From IMG/VR virus record IMGVR_UViG_2537561945_000004: a stretch of 42,538 nt of DNA; one strand, given 5' to 3'. The DNA is from a virus. Taxonomy: Duplodnaviria > Heunggongvirae > Uroviricota > Caudoviricetes. Below, piece after piece: positions 34,559 to 42,538 of the stretch. The position numbers and the translations under genes are program-made. How positions within the stretch are numbered: position 1 is the stretch's first letter; every line of letters begins with the position of its first letter. Below the pieces are notes generated by a model, which ran no database searches, had not been told where the DNA came from, and saw only the letters and a list, made by a program, of their open reading frames with translations.

Positions 34559-35370
34559 AAGAAATCCTCCCATGCTTCAGGGCTGTTCCAGTGCGGAACG
34601 TTGTTATCAGATAATGTTGATTGCTTCTGTCTGCTAATCTGCAGCCGCCTTGCCAGCTTCTGCTCCCACTGTGCCTGATGGTATGCCTTACCCTCAGCCA
34701 TCCAGTAAATTCTGAACTCTGCAAGTTCCTGTGCCGTTGGCAGACTGTCCAGGTAGATCCCCTGCAATGAGCTTTTCCGAAGAAAGTCATCTGATGGCTG
34801 CCATTGTTCATGCATGACAAATTTGCCTAATTGCCCTGGCCCACCAGGAGGAACAAAGTTATTCATCACGGCGTTGTTTGCGCCGGGGTCATGATGCACA
34901 GAATCCCCGTTTTTTGTCCTGCTCTCCCTCTCTTGGTTAAATGACTGGTTATATGACTGGTTCTGGATCCCGTTTTTGGGATCATTCAACATCCCGTTTT
35001 TGGGATCATTCAACATCCCGTTTTTGGGTATATTCCCGTTTTCGGTAACATTACCGTTTTCGGGTTCATTGCCCCCCTCCCGGTTGCCTTTAATGTTCCC
35101 GTTTTTGGTTATATTAAGAGAGAAAACCCGCACTCTTTTTGTCGCTCCCTTTCTCTCTCCGGTATCTGAAATAAGCCCCATTTTCATGAGCGATATAAGC
35201 CCGGCCTGCACGGTTTTTTTATTCAGGCAAGTGTCTTTAACGAGGCGTTCTATGCTGGGGTAGCAGAGGTTATATTCATCGGCTCTGTCAGCCATCGAGA
35301 GCAGTATGAGCTTTAATGATGAGCTACCTGGATCTGTCTCCCAGGCCCAATCTGTTGCATGTCTGCTCAT
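34555..35370 (-). CDS. Replication initiator O-like protein with iterons inside the coding sequence
   Basis: GGAG RBS; N-terminal HTH-like DNA-binding region; internal peptide repeats (NDPKNGML x3) encoded by 24-bp DNA iterons; directly followed by P-like gene. Confidence 0.6.
   Translation of the reverse strand: MSRHATDWAWETDPGSSSLKLILLSMADRADEYNLCYPSIERLVKDTCLNKKTVQAGLISLMKMGLISDTGERKGATKRVRVFSLNITKNGNIKGNREGGNEPENGNVTENGNIPKNGMLNDPKNGMLNDPKNGIQNQSYNQSFNQERESRTKNGDSVHHDPGANNAVMNNFVPPGGPGQLGKFVMHEQWQPSDDFLRKSSLQGIYLDSLPTAQELAEFRIYWMAEGKAYHQAQWEQKLARRLQISRQKQSTLSDNNVPHWNSPEAWEDFL
34941..35110. repeat. Putative replication origin: iterons TCCCGTTTT(T/C)GG x6 plus ATGACTGGTT x2, followed by AT-rich stretch
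   Basis: Copies at about 34968, 34992, 35016 (24-bp period), 35034, 35053, 35097; AT-rich segment 35110-35130. Confidence 0.6.
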
Positions 35371-35385
35371 GATTAATCTCCGCTA

Positions 35386-35586
35386 TCAGCTTGAGTGTTG
35401 TGGGGAGGAATTAATCATGATCTGCTTAATCTCTGCCCTGATGCGACGGTTTGATTCCATGGTGCACTCAACACAGTGTCCGTTGTAAACCCAGCGTTCA
35501 CTGTCATGTCCGTGCTTACATGGTTTTCCGGTGTAGTAGCGTTTAAGTCCGCGCTTTGCGGCATCAATACGTGTAATGATTTCCAT
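35386..35586 (-). CDS. Small zinc-finger protein (CxxH...CxxC), cII-position regulator candidate
   Basis: MEIITRIDAAKRGLKRYYTGKPCKHGHDSERWVYNGHCVECTMESNRR; start uncertain (track ORF begins at 35649). Confidence 0.4.
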   Translation of the reverse strand: MEIITRIDAAKRGLKRYYTGKPCKHGHDSERWVYNGHCVECTMESNRRIRAEIKQIMINSSPQHSS

Positions 35587-35665
35587 GGTAAGCCCTGTTA
35601 TTAGTATTGGGATTACGGTTATTTTGTGCTGACACAAAAAAAAGATCAACCATATTTGGTTTTTT

Positions 35666-35681
35666 ATTACCTTTGAGGTAC
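35666..35681. promoter_or_regulatory. Operator-like palindrome variant ATTACC-TTTGA-GGTACG
   Basis: One-mismatch variant between the Cro-like terminator and the zinc-finger gene. Confidence 0.35.
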
Positions 35682-35687
35682 GAATAG

Positions 35688-35714
35688 ATATGAAAAGACC
35701 GCCGGATGGCGGTC
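35688..35714 (-). terminator. Terminator after Cro-like gene (tR1-like)
   Basis: On the minus strand GACCGCC-ATCC-GGCGGTC followed by TTTTCA. Confidence 0.5.
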
Positions 35715-35736
35715 TACAGAGGGTTGTGGCTGGATA

Positions 35737-35967
35737 TCATGAGTAGAAGAAGTATGCCAGTTCTGCTTTTGAGCGCAGCCATTGTCTTGTTTTACAGGCT
35801 TTAAAAAGCCCATTCATCAATACCTTACCTGGCATTTTGCGCTTACCTGTTAAGTGAGTCTGGATATAGTGACTCGTCGTTCCGGCTTCCTGTGCGAAGG
35901 CTTCACGCTCATCCGGAGTAAGTGCAAGCCAGTGCTTTTTGAAATCGAAATGTCCGTTATCGCTCAT
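35737..35967 (-). CDS. Cro-like small HTH regulator
   Basis: 76 aa, HTH-like segment EAGTTSHYIQTHLTGKRKMPGKVL; divergent from the repressor-like gene across an operator-bearing intergenic region. Confidence 0.5.
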   Translation of the reverse strand: MSDNGHFDFKKHWLALTPDEREAFAQEAGTTSHYIQTHLTGKRKMPGKVLMNGLFKACKTRQWLRSKAELAYFFYS

Positions 35968-36034
35968 AGCTATTGCCTGATATTTATTTCAGATAATAAA
36001 TATTCACCCATAAGGTAACAAAAATCAAGGATAG

Positions 36035-36066
36035 TTACCTGTGGGGTGCATTTACCTGTTGGGTAA
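36035..36066. promoter_or_regulatory. Immunity-region operators: TTACC-TGTGG-GGTGC (variant) and TTACC-TGTTG-GGTAA (perfect), plus half-site AGGTAAC at 36013
   Basis: Located in the 154-bp divergent intergenic region between the Cro-like and repressor-like genes. Confidence 0.55.
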
Positions 36067-36121
36067 TATTGCTTTAAATTGAATCATCTACTGATTCATA
36101 TATGAGGCGATTTTCCAGAAA

Positions 36122-36706
36122 ATGAAAAGTATCCAGGACGTCCGCAGGCAAAATCTCAACGACTTGATCGACCGTGAATGCAATGGTGTTCAGACGCGGA
36201 TGGCAGAAAAACTTGGAACTCAGGCAAATCTGGTAAACCGCTGGGCTCTTGGCAAGAAGGTTATCGGCGACCAGGTTGCACGAAAAATTGAAGCTGCCGC
36301 CAATAAACCCCGTAACTGGCTTGATATTGATCGTTCGCTTTCTCAGGAGGGTTTTCAGCCTGTCGGCCCGAGCGATATAGGTCAGCTGGCGGCTCACAAC
36401 CTGGAACGCTGGATGAGCGAAAGCCGCGACCTTTCAACACAGGGAAAACTTCACCGCGCATCCGGCGTCGCCCAGGTGACAATCAGCCGCCTGTTAAACA
36501 ATGAGGTCAGCGTTTCCATTTCCACCCTGGAGAATGTTGCATCCGCATTCGGGCGTCACGGCTATGAATTACTGATTCACCCGCACGACCCTGCGACCAT
36601 CAACTATGATCGCTCGCGCTACGCATTGTTACCCGAAACCGAGAAAGCAAAGATCGAAAGTTACATTGAATTTGTCATCAACCAGAACGAAAAAAACAAA
36701 CAATAA
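36122..36706 (+). CDS. Prophage repressor candidate: two HTH (XRE-like) domains, no S24 peptidase domain
   Basis: 194 aa; HTH segments MAEKLGTQANLVNRWALGKKVIGDQVARKIE and LHRASGVAQVTISRLLNNEVSVSISTLENVASAF; no Ser-Lys autocleavage module visible; divergent from Cro-like gene; followed by terminator. Confidence 0.55.
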   Translation: MKSIQDVRRQNLNDLIDRECNGVQTRMAEKLGTQANLVNRWALGKKVIGDQVARKIEAAANKPRNWLDIDRSLSQEGFQPVGPSDIGQLAAHNLERWMSESRDLSTQGKLHRASGVAQVTISRLLNNEVSVSISTLENVASAFGRHGYELLIHPHDPATINYDRSRYALLPETEKAKIESYIEFVINQNEKNKQ

Positions 36707-36727
36707 AACCATATTTTTCAGTAAGTA

Positions 36728-36751
36728 AGCCGCCTTATGGCGGCTTTTTTA
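36728..36751 (+). terminator. Rho-independent terminator after repressor gene
   Basis: AGCCGCC-TTAT-GGCGGCT followed by TTTTTT. Confidence 0.65.
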
Positions 36752-36762
36752 TTGTCTATTCG

Positions 36763-36779
36763 ATTACCTAACGGGTAAT
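36763..36779. promoter_or_regulatory. Operator-like palindrome ATTACC-TAACG-GGTAAT
   Basis: Perfect 17-bp palindrome just upstream of the early-left promoter. Confidence 0.5.
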
Positions 36780-36797
36780 TTTTTTAACTCATATCTA

Positions 36798-36840
36798 TTG
36801 ACATCAAACCATATACGCATAATTATTACCTCAACGGTAA
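36798..36840 (+). promoter_or_regulatory. Early-left promoter (-35 TTGACA 36798-36803, -10 AATTAT/TAATTA about 36820-36826) with overlapping operator TTACC-TCAAC-GGTAA (36826-36840)
   Basis: Consensus -35, 16-17 bp spacer, AT-rich -10, operator palindrome at -10/+1, followed by GAGG RBS and ATG 36860. Confidence 0.5.
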
Positions 36841-36859
36841 CAGACCGAGGTAACAAGTT

Positions 36860-37012
36860 ATGCAGTGGAAAATCATCAACGGTTGGTACTGCGTTACTGC
36901 ATGCGGATTCATGAGCTGGAAGTTCCGCACCTTACAGGAAGGCATTAAGTGGGCTTTCGTCAGCAAAGAAGCTCGCGATGTGGCCAACGATAACGAGATA
37001 TGGGAGGGCTGA
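36860..37012 (+). CDS. Small protein (50 aa), first gene of early-left operon
   Basis: GAGG RBS; MQWKIINGWYCVTACGFMSWKF...; stop overlaps RBS of next gene; below track cutoff. Confidence 0.3.
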   Translation: MQWKIINGWYCVTACGFMSWKFRTLQEGIKWAFVSKEARDVANDNEIWEG

Positions 37013-37014
37013 TA

Positions 37015-37314
37015 ATGAACGTTAATCAGCAGAAAAATCTTCAAAAAATCATGCTGGCATTCGACAAGGACTACCGTCTGTCAGAACAGCTATATGACCG
37101 ACAAGTTGAACTGATTGAGAGTATCCGGCTTCATCAACTGGCATCAACTTTCGACGTTGTAACAGTTAAAGGCGTTCGCCAGGAAGTACTGGAGGCCGCT
37201 AAAGACAGCCCTGAGTTCGAAGAACTAATGGATGCCTACCGGCGCGAGGCAATGGCAATTATCGCCCGCTGGGATCTGGCTGATCAGCTTGATGGGCAGA
37301 GGGACGCGGCATGA
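37015..37314 (+). CDS. Hypothetical helical protein
   Basis: ATG 37015 with GGGAGGG RBS; 99 aa. Confidence 0.45.
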   Translation: MNVNQQKNLQKIMLAFDKDYRLSEQLYDRQVELIESIRLHQLASTFDVVTVKGVRQEVLEAAKDSPEFEELMDAYRREAMAIIARWDLADQLDGQRDAA

Positions 37315-37517
37315 AACCAACACTCCTCTCATTGCTGCGAGGTGGAAAACACAGCATCCGAGATATGGCAAAGATTCTTGGTATCTCAAGATCGAAGGTT
37401 TCTTGGTTCATCGCTGAGCTTGAACGTCGCAAATGGGTAGAGGTAACCATGAGCGCAATATATTTCCACGATGGAACCCGTTCCAACAAGCAGAACGAAT
37501 ACAAGGTTAAGTTATGA
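37311..37517 (+). CDS. Small winged-helix/HTH DNA-binding protein
   Basis: 68 aa, SIRDMAKILGISRSKVSWFIAELERRKWV HTH-like; GAGGGA RBS. Confidence 0.45.
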   Translation: MKPTLLSLLRGGKHSIRDMAKILGISRSKVSWFIAELERRKWVEVTMSAIYFHDGTRSNKQNEYKVKL

Positions 37518-38335
37518 ATACTGGCATCTATTTCGACATCAGCAATGAGGACTACCACGCCGGTGACGGCGTGAGTAAGTCGCAACTGGACATGGTTGCC
37601 AAGAATCCGGCGCTTCTTAAATGGGTTCAGGCAGCACCAGAAGACGAAGAGAAAAAGTCTGCACTGGATATGGGAACCGCATTGCACTGTCTGCTTCTGG
37701 AGCCTAGAGAGTTCGACAAACGCTTCATTGTTTCACCGAAATTCGATCGTCGGACGAAACAAGGTAAAGCTGACGAAGAGGCATTTCTTCGTGATGTGGC
37801 GGATATGGGGATTACGGTACTTGATGCCGAGCAGTGGCGGAAACTGGAGCTGATGCGTGATAGCGCAATGGCTCACCCGGCGGCACGCTGGATGTTGGAA
37901 GCACCTGGTTACTGCGAAGCATCAATGTACTGGAACGATGAAGAGACGGGTGAGTTGTGCCGAATTCGTCCAGACAAATGGCTGAACGAGCACAACGTGA
38001 TCGTCGACGTGAAAAAGGTTGCAGATATGGACCGTTTTGCACGCCACATCGAGGAATTCCGCTACCACGTGCAGGACGCAATGTACCGCGAAGGCGCAAT
38101 GAGGGTTACTGGTCAGCCGCATGGTTTTTTCTTTCTTGCCGTGAGCGAAAGCATTGATTGTGGTCGGTATCCGGTACGCGTGTTCGAGCTGGATGCGCAG
38201 GATGTCGATGCCGGGCACGCTCTGTTCCGCCGGGATCTGAATACCTATCACGAATGCCGCATCAATGATGAATGGGGCGGTGTGGAAATCATTAAACGCC
38301 CTGAGTGGGCACGCAAACAGGATATGTACATATGA
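37514..38335 (+). CDS. PD-(D/E)XK family 5-prime to 3-prime exonuclease (RecE/YqaJ-like recombination exonuclease)
   Basis: N-terminal GIYFDISNEDYHAGDGVSKSQL and D..D-VK nuclease motif (IVDVKKV); immediately upstream of and overlapping RecT-like gene. Confidence 0.6.
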   Translation: MNTGIYFDISNEDYHAGDGVSKSQLDMVAKNPALLKWVQAAPEDEEKKSALDMGTALHCLLLEPREFDKRFIVSPKFDRRTKQGKADEEAFLRDVADMGITVLDAEQWRKLELMRDSAMAHPAARWMLEAPGYCEASMYWNDEETGELCRIRPDKWLNEHNVIVDVKKVADMDRFARHIEEFRYHVQDAMYREGAMRVTGQPHGFFFLAVSESIDCGRYPVRVFELDAQDVDAGHALFRRDLNTYHECRINDEWGGVEIIKRPEWARKQDMYI

Positions 38336-39273
38336 GCAACGACATCGCAAACATCAACGCACCAGTAGACACAGCAATCGCTGGAACTGCTGCAACTATT
38401 TTCAGCCCAGACGGCTTGAACCAACTGATGAAATTCGCCGAGGTAATGGCGCAAAGCCGCGTAACGGTACCGGCGCACCTCGCCGGGAAACCAGCTGATT
38501 GCATGGCCGTGGCAATGCAGGCTGCGCAGTGGGGAATGAACCCGTTTGCCGTGGCTCAGAAAACCCATGTTGTGAACGGCACGCTAGGTTATGAAGCCCA
38601 ATTAGTAAACGCAGTTATCTCAACGATGTCGCCAACAAAAGATCGCATCAACTACGAGTGGTTTGGGCCGTGGGAACGCGTGATCGGTAAGTTTGTTGAG
38701 AAAACATCCAAAAACGGCAATCCATATATCGCACCAGGCTGGACTCTAAAAGACGAAGAAGGCTGCGGTGTTCGCGTATGGGCAACCATGAAGGGCGAGG
38801 ATCAACCTCGAGTGCTTGAGTTAATGCTGTCTCAAGCACAGGTAAGAAACTCCACACTTTGGGCCAGTGATCCGAAACAACAACTCGCATACCTTGCGAC
38901 AAAACGCTGGTCTCGCCTGCACTGTCCTGACGTAATCATGGGCGTCTACACCCCAGACGAATTACAGGAAACGGCACCGCGCGTTGAGCGAGACATTACT
39001 CCGCAAACGACAACTGCTGCGGGAATGAACAGTCTGATCAACGCTAAAACAGTGAAAAAGCCTGATGAGCAAACGCGTAAAGCGGATAGCCGTGATCCAG
39101 AAGAAATGCTGATGGCCTTTACCAGCGCAGCGATGAATTACAGCACTGTCTCCGAACTGGATAAGGCTTACAAATACATTGCACAAAAACTTTCAGATGA
39201 TGACGAACTGCTGGCAAAAGCCACCGACGTTTACAGCGTTCGTCGGGAAGAATTAAACGAAATATCTATGTAA
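38332..39273 (+). CDS. RecT-family single-strand annealing protein
   Basis: ATG 38332 overlapping exonuclease stop; pattern ..LAYLATKRWSRLHCPDVIMGVY.. and pairing with exonuclease. Confidence 0.6.
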   Translation: MSNDIANINAPVDTAIAGTAATIFSPDGLNQLMKFAEVMAQSRVTVPAHLAGKPADCMAVAMQAAQWGMNPFAVAQKTHVVNGTLGYEAQLVNAVISTMSPTKDRINYEWFGPWERVIGKFVEKTSKNGNPYIAPGWTLKDEEGCGVRVWATMKGEDQPRVLELMLSQAQVRNSTLWASDPKQQLAYLATKRWSRLHCPDVIMGVYTPDELQETAPRVERDITPQTTTAAGMNSLINAKTVKKPDEQTRKADSRDPEEMLMAFTSAAMNYSTVSELDKAYKYIAQKLSDDDELLAKATDVYSVRREELNEISM

Positions 39274-39322
39274 CCACCACCGCGGCGCCACGCGCGCCGC
39301 ACTGCAACCAAGAGAGGTATTT

Positions 39323-39571
39323 ATGAAAGGTGCATTAGGTAAGAAGGAACTCCTGGCGGTGGTGCCACTGTCATGGAGCACTATCGACCGTATGGAGCGC
39401 GCAGGTGAATTTCCTAAACGCTGGTATATCACTGACAAACGCTGCGCATGGAACCGTGACGAAGTTGAGCGTTGGCTTGATGAACGTCAGGCAGCAAGCC
39501 CGGCAGAGTTCCAGGGTAAAAAGCCTCCTGTTCAGCAACGTGTATATCGTCCTGTGAGCAACGCTGCATGA
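39323..39571 (+). CDS. AlpA-family excisionase / transcriptional regulator
   Basis: 82 aa; ..LLAVVPLSWSTIDRMERAGEFPKRWYITDKRCAWNRDEVERWLDE.. typical AlpA/Xis-like winged helix; AGAGAGG RBS. Confidence 0.6.
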   Translation: MKGALGKKELLAVVPLSWSTIDRMERAGEFPKRWYITDKRCAWNRDEVERWLDERQAASPAEFQGKKPPVQQRVYRPVSNAA

Positions 39572-39680
39572 GTGCGCTGCTAAGGCACTGGAGCAAATGG
39601 TCAGGATGGTACTTATTCCTGGCCTCTGTTTCAGCATGGCTTTATCTGCTGGCATTAATTTTCAGAGAGGGTTGGATTAA

Positions 39681-39980
39681 GTGAGAAAGTTAAGCCGACT
39701 TGAAAAATATCACATGAACAAGGTTTCAATGCGCAGCCCTTCAAAGATTGTCGCCGTTACTCCTGCGGCGATAGAGATCGAAAAACGCGCGATTGAAAGA
39801 GAGAAAAAAGGGCAATTCCGCATTGCCGCTCACCTTTGGCTTCAGTGTATGGATGTTGCTTCTGGTGATGTTGAACGTGCAAGGATCGCGGTTCGCAGGG
39901 ACCAATGTATCACAAAAGGTAACGGCCTTCGCCGTGGCGACTATAGCGGCATAGGATGTTGTGGGGTGGTTTATGACTAA
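39681..39980 (+). CDS. PerC-like transcriptional activator (tentative)
   Basis: Motif AIEREKKGQFRIAAHLWLQCMD resembles the PerC-family core (E..KG.WRRAA.LW) as I recall it. Confidence 0.35.
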   Translation: MRKLSRLEKYHMNKVSMRSPSKIVAVTPAAIEIEKRAIEREKKGQFRIAAHLWLQCMDVASGDVERARIAVRRDQCITKGNGLRRGDYSGIGCCGVVYD

Positions 39981-40623
39981 GAAATACACACTAATCTATG
40001 CAGATCCACCCTGGGTATACCGGGACAAAGCCGCAGATGGTAATCGCGGTGCCAGTTTTAAATATCCGGTTATGAGTGTGATGGATATCTGCCGCCTTCC
40101 TGTGTGGGATTTGGCCGATGAAAACTGTCTGTTGGCCATGTGGTGGGTGCCAACACAACCACTCGAAGCGCTAAAAGTTGTTGAAGCCTGGGGATTCCGT
40201 CTGATGACCATGAAGGGCTTCACGTGGATAAAATGTGGTAGTCGACAACCAGATAAACTGGTTATGGGTATGGGGCACATGACTCGCGCCAATAGTGAAG
40301 ATTGCCTGTTTGCGGTAAAGGGAAAACTACCTACGCGCATTAATGCAGGGATCGTTCAGTCATTTACCGCACCGCGGCTTGAGCATTCAAGAAAACCAGA
40401 TATCGTTCGTGAAAAACTTGTGCAATTGTTAGGCGATGTTTCTCGCATTGAACTGTTCGCCCGCCAGACGTCTCATGGCTTCGATGTTTGGGGTAATCAG
40501 TGCGAAGACCCGGCAGTGCAACTACACCCTGGATACGCGTTGGATATTGGCGGATTAACAAATGCATTCAGCAATGCTCCGGTGTCACCAATAGACAACC
40601 AGGGGCGGGAGCGTGCAGCATGA
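39973..40623 (+). CDS. MT-A70-family DNA N6-adenine methyltransferase
   Basis: Catalytic DPPW motif ([10 protein letters not shown]); ATG 39973 with GGGGTGG RBS (track ORF starts at GTG 39961). Confidence 0.75.
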   Translation: MTKKYTLIYADPPWVYRDKAADGNRGASFKYPVMSVMDICRLPVWDLADENCLLAMWWVPTQPLEALKVVEAWGFRLMTMKGFTWIKCGSRQPDKLVMGMGHMTRANSEDCLFAVKGKLPTRINAGIVQSFTAPRLEHSRKPDIVREKLVQLLGDVSRIELFARQTSHGFDVWGNQCEDPAVQLHPGYALDIGGLTNAFSNAPVSPIDNQGRERAA

Positions 40624-41279
40624 ACCTATATCAACGCATCAATGGCGCTGACTGGTGCAATATCTTCGTCGTCGGCGATCTGCATGGGTGCTACACGCTG
40701 CTGATGAACGAACTCGACAAAGTTTCATTCGACCCGGCGCGCGATTTACTTATTTCCGTTGGTGACCTTGTTGACCGCGGCGCTGAAAACGTCGAATGCC
40801 TGGATTTGATTACTATGCCGTGGTTCCGAGCTGTTCGTGGCAACCATGAGCAGATGATGCTGGATGCACTGGTCAACGGCGGAAGTTTCGGACATTGGAT
40901 GTCAAACGGCGGTGGATGGTGGCACCAACTTGATTCTGAGCAGGATGTGCAACTCAAATACCTTCTGCCAAAGATTACCAACCTCCCGATGATTATCGAA
41001 CTGGTTACCGGCAATAAGAAGGTCGTCATCTGTCACGCAGACTACCCGCACAACGAATACGCATTCGATAAGCCAGTACCAGAAGAAATGGTGATATGGA
41101 ATCGTGAACGGGTTAGCGACGCGCAGGACGGTATTGTCTCGGAGATAACCGGTGCCGATTTGTTCATCTTCGGTCATACGCCAGCACATCACCCACTGGT
41201 GTATGCAAACCAGATGTACATCGACACCGGCGCAGTGTTCTGCGGAAATCTGACGCTTACCAAAGTCCAGGAAGGATAG
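40620..41279 (+). CDS. Ser/Thr protein phosphatase (lambda-PPase / NinI-like metallophosphoesterase)
   Basis: Motifs GDLHG, GDLVDRG, GNHE; ATG 40620 overlapping methyltransferase stop (track ORF starts upstream at 40500). Confidence 0.8.
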   Translation: MNLYQRINGADWCNIFVVGDLHGCYTLLMNELDKVSFDPARDLLISVGDLVDRGAENVECLDLITMPWFRAVRGNHEQMMLDALVNGGSFGHWMSNGGGWWHQLDSEQDVQLKYLLPKITNLPMIIELVTGNKKVVICHADYPHNEYAFDKPVPEEMVIWNRERVSDAQDGIVSEITGADLFIFGHTPAHHPLVYANQMYIDTGAVFCGNLTLTKVQEG

Positions 41280-41281
41280 AA

Positions 41282-42538
41282 TTATTTATTACTGTCTTCC
41301 ATCCACTTCTCAAACTTCGACGGGGAGAACGGAATCAGATCCGTATGCTCCCCGTTAATCCAGGAATCAATCATATCGGCCCACTGCTGCAACATGTAGG
41401 CGCGCTGTCTGGCGTATTCCGCTTTGTTATATACGGCGCGCACACCTTTCTGCTCATGTGCCAGAGCCTTTTCAATCCAGTCTGAAGGATAACCAGCCTC
41501 ATGCAACAACGTACTGGCTGTACGGCGCATATCGTGTACGGTGAAGTCCTGAATATTCTCACCATCTTCATTTATTATTTTCACCGTTCTGTCGATCAGA
41601 GAGTTCAGCGCGGCATTAGATAATGGCTTCCTGAAATTGTAACGACCAGGAACCAGATATTCACTTCCACCAGCGCACATCTGCAACCCGACCAATATAT
41701 CCTGAGCCTGTTTAGGCAGGTAAATAACATGCGCCCGGCTTCCCTTCATGCGGTCTGAAGGAATTGTCCATGTCCATTTTTTAAAATCTATTTCATCCCA
41801 CGTTGCATTGGTGAATTCGCCCTTACGAACCATAGTGATAAGCACCAGTTTTAAAGCCATTTTCATAGTGCCCATAGCACCAATGGCATCCAACGTGCGG
41901 AAGAACAGGCCAATTTCTTCTGGTGTCAGTGTTCGCTCTCGTGGTTTAAATATGGCGATAGACGAAGGTTTAATGTCAGCCGCAGGATTAAACAAACCAT
42001 GACCACGGTCATTGGCGTGACGGTATACGCTGCTGATGATCTCCCTGGCCTGTACTGCTGTTGCCCGACCACCACGTTCGACAATCCGGTCACACAAATC
42101 ACGAACCATCGATGTGGTAATTTCAGCCATCATTTTGTTGCCAAGAACCGGAAGTATGTCACGGTCGATCACCGCCTGCTTCATTGCTCGGGTACTGTCA
42201 GCCAGGATGACGTGTTTCATATAACTGTCGGTATGTACCGCAAACGTCTCGGCACCACGAATCTTTTTGATACCGTCACGTTTAGCCGCAGCCGGCGACT
42301 GGCCTGCTTTAAGCAGCTTCTTTGCAGCAATCAGTTCTTCTCGCGCTTCTGCTAGACTGATACCGTCACGCCCATACTGCCCGATTACCAGTGTTTCGCG
42401 GCGACCGTTGATACGGTAGTCATAGCGAAACGAGACCGTGCCTGACGTAAGCACAGCTACATACAGCCCGTCACGATCGGAGACCTTGTACAGTTTGTCC
42501 TGCGGCTTGAGGTTTTTTAATTTTGTATCGGTAAGCAC
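41282..42538 (-). CDS. Tyrosine recombinase (P4-type phage integrase), N-terminus at or just beyond window edge
   Basis: N-terminal LTDTKLKNLKPQDKLYKVSDRDGLYVAVLTSG arm-binding domain; C-terminal catalytic R..H..R..Y region (HDMRRTASTLL...VRAVY). Confidence 0.85.
   Translation of the reverse strand: MLTDTKLKNLKPQDKLYKVSDRDGLYVAVLTSGTVSFRYDYRINGRRETLVIGQYGRDGISLAEAREELIAAKKLLKAGQSPAAAKRDGIKKIRGAETFAVHTDSYMKHVILADSTRAMKQAVIDRDILPVLGNKMMAEITTSMVRDLCDRIVERGGRATAVQAREIISSVYRHANDRGHGLFNPAADIKPSSIAIFKPRERTLTPEEIGLFFRTLDAIGAMGTMKMALKLVLITMVRKGEFTNATWDEIDFKKWTWTIPSDRMKGSRAHVIYLPKQAQDILVGLQMCAGGSEYLVPGRYNFRKPLSNAALNSLIDRTVKIINEDGENIQDFTVHDMRRTASTLLHEAGYPSDWIEKALAHEQKGVRAVYNKAEYARQRAYMLQQWADMIDSWINGEHTDLIPFSPSKFEKWMEDSNK

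Noticed and set aside
1-42538. CRISPR arrays or rRNA genes
   Set aside because: No regularly spaced short direct repeats and no rRNA-like conserved stretches seen; the only periodic repeats are the replication iterons (34941-35110).

Overview
The window is almost entirely one integrated temperate phage (about 41 kb, roughly 1.15 kb to beyond 42.5 kb), flanked on the left by two host-like envelope genes (1-1071). Everything below is read by eye from the sequence and the ORF track; no database search, HMM or folding was run, so all family assignments are from motif recall. Layout: the right edge carries a P4-type tyrosine integrase (truncated by the window end). The left edge carries the lysis cassette (two holin-like proteins, GH19 endolysin, Rz/Rz1). 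Between them, on the minus strand, run a Cro-like gene, replication O/P-like genes with in-gene iterons, nin-like genes, terminase small/large, portal, scaffold, capsid, and T7 gp11/12/14/15-like tail-tube and internal-virion proteins, ending in a tail spike with an SGNH-esterase-like domain. The plus strand carries a 2xHTH repressor-like gene and an early-left operon (RecE-like exonuclease, RecT, AlpA-like Xis, PerC-like, MT-A70 methyltransferase, Ser/Thr phosphatase). Main hunt results: (1) a palindromic motif TTACC-N5-GGTAA recurs at about 14 intergenic sites, at nearly every operon start; (2) a near-consensus LexA box sits in front of a small antirepressor-like gene, while the repressor candidate lacks a self-cleavage domain; (3) an accessory island between tail spike and virion genes holds a membrane-anchored tandem zinc-ribbon protein, a frameshifted Bro-N antirepressor with a structured leader, and an AT-rich gene split by a complete IS2 with 5-bp target duplication; (4) a phage-borne tRNA-Arg(UCU) plus an AT-rich membrane/coiled-coil gene is inserted antisense between terminase and portal; (5) a TGT/DpdA-like candidate sits in the nin region. 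No CRISPR array or rRNA was seen.
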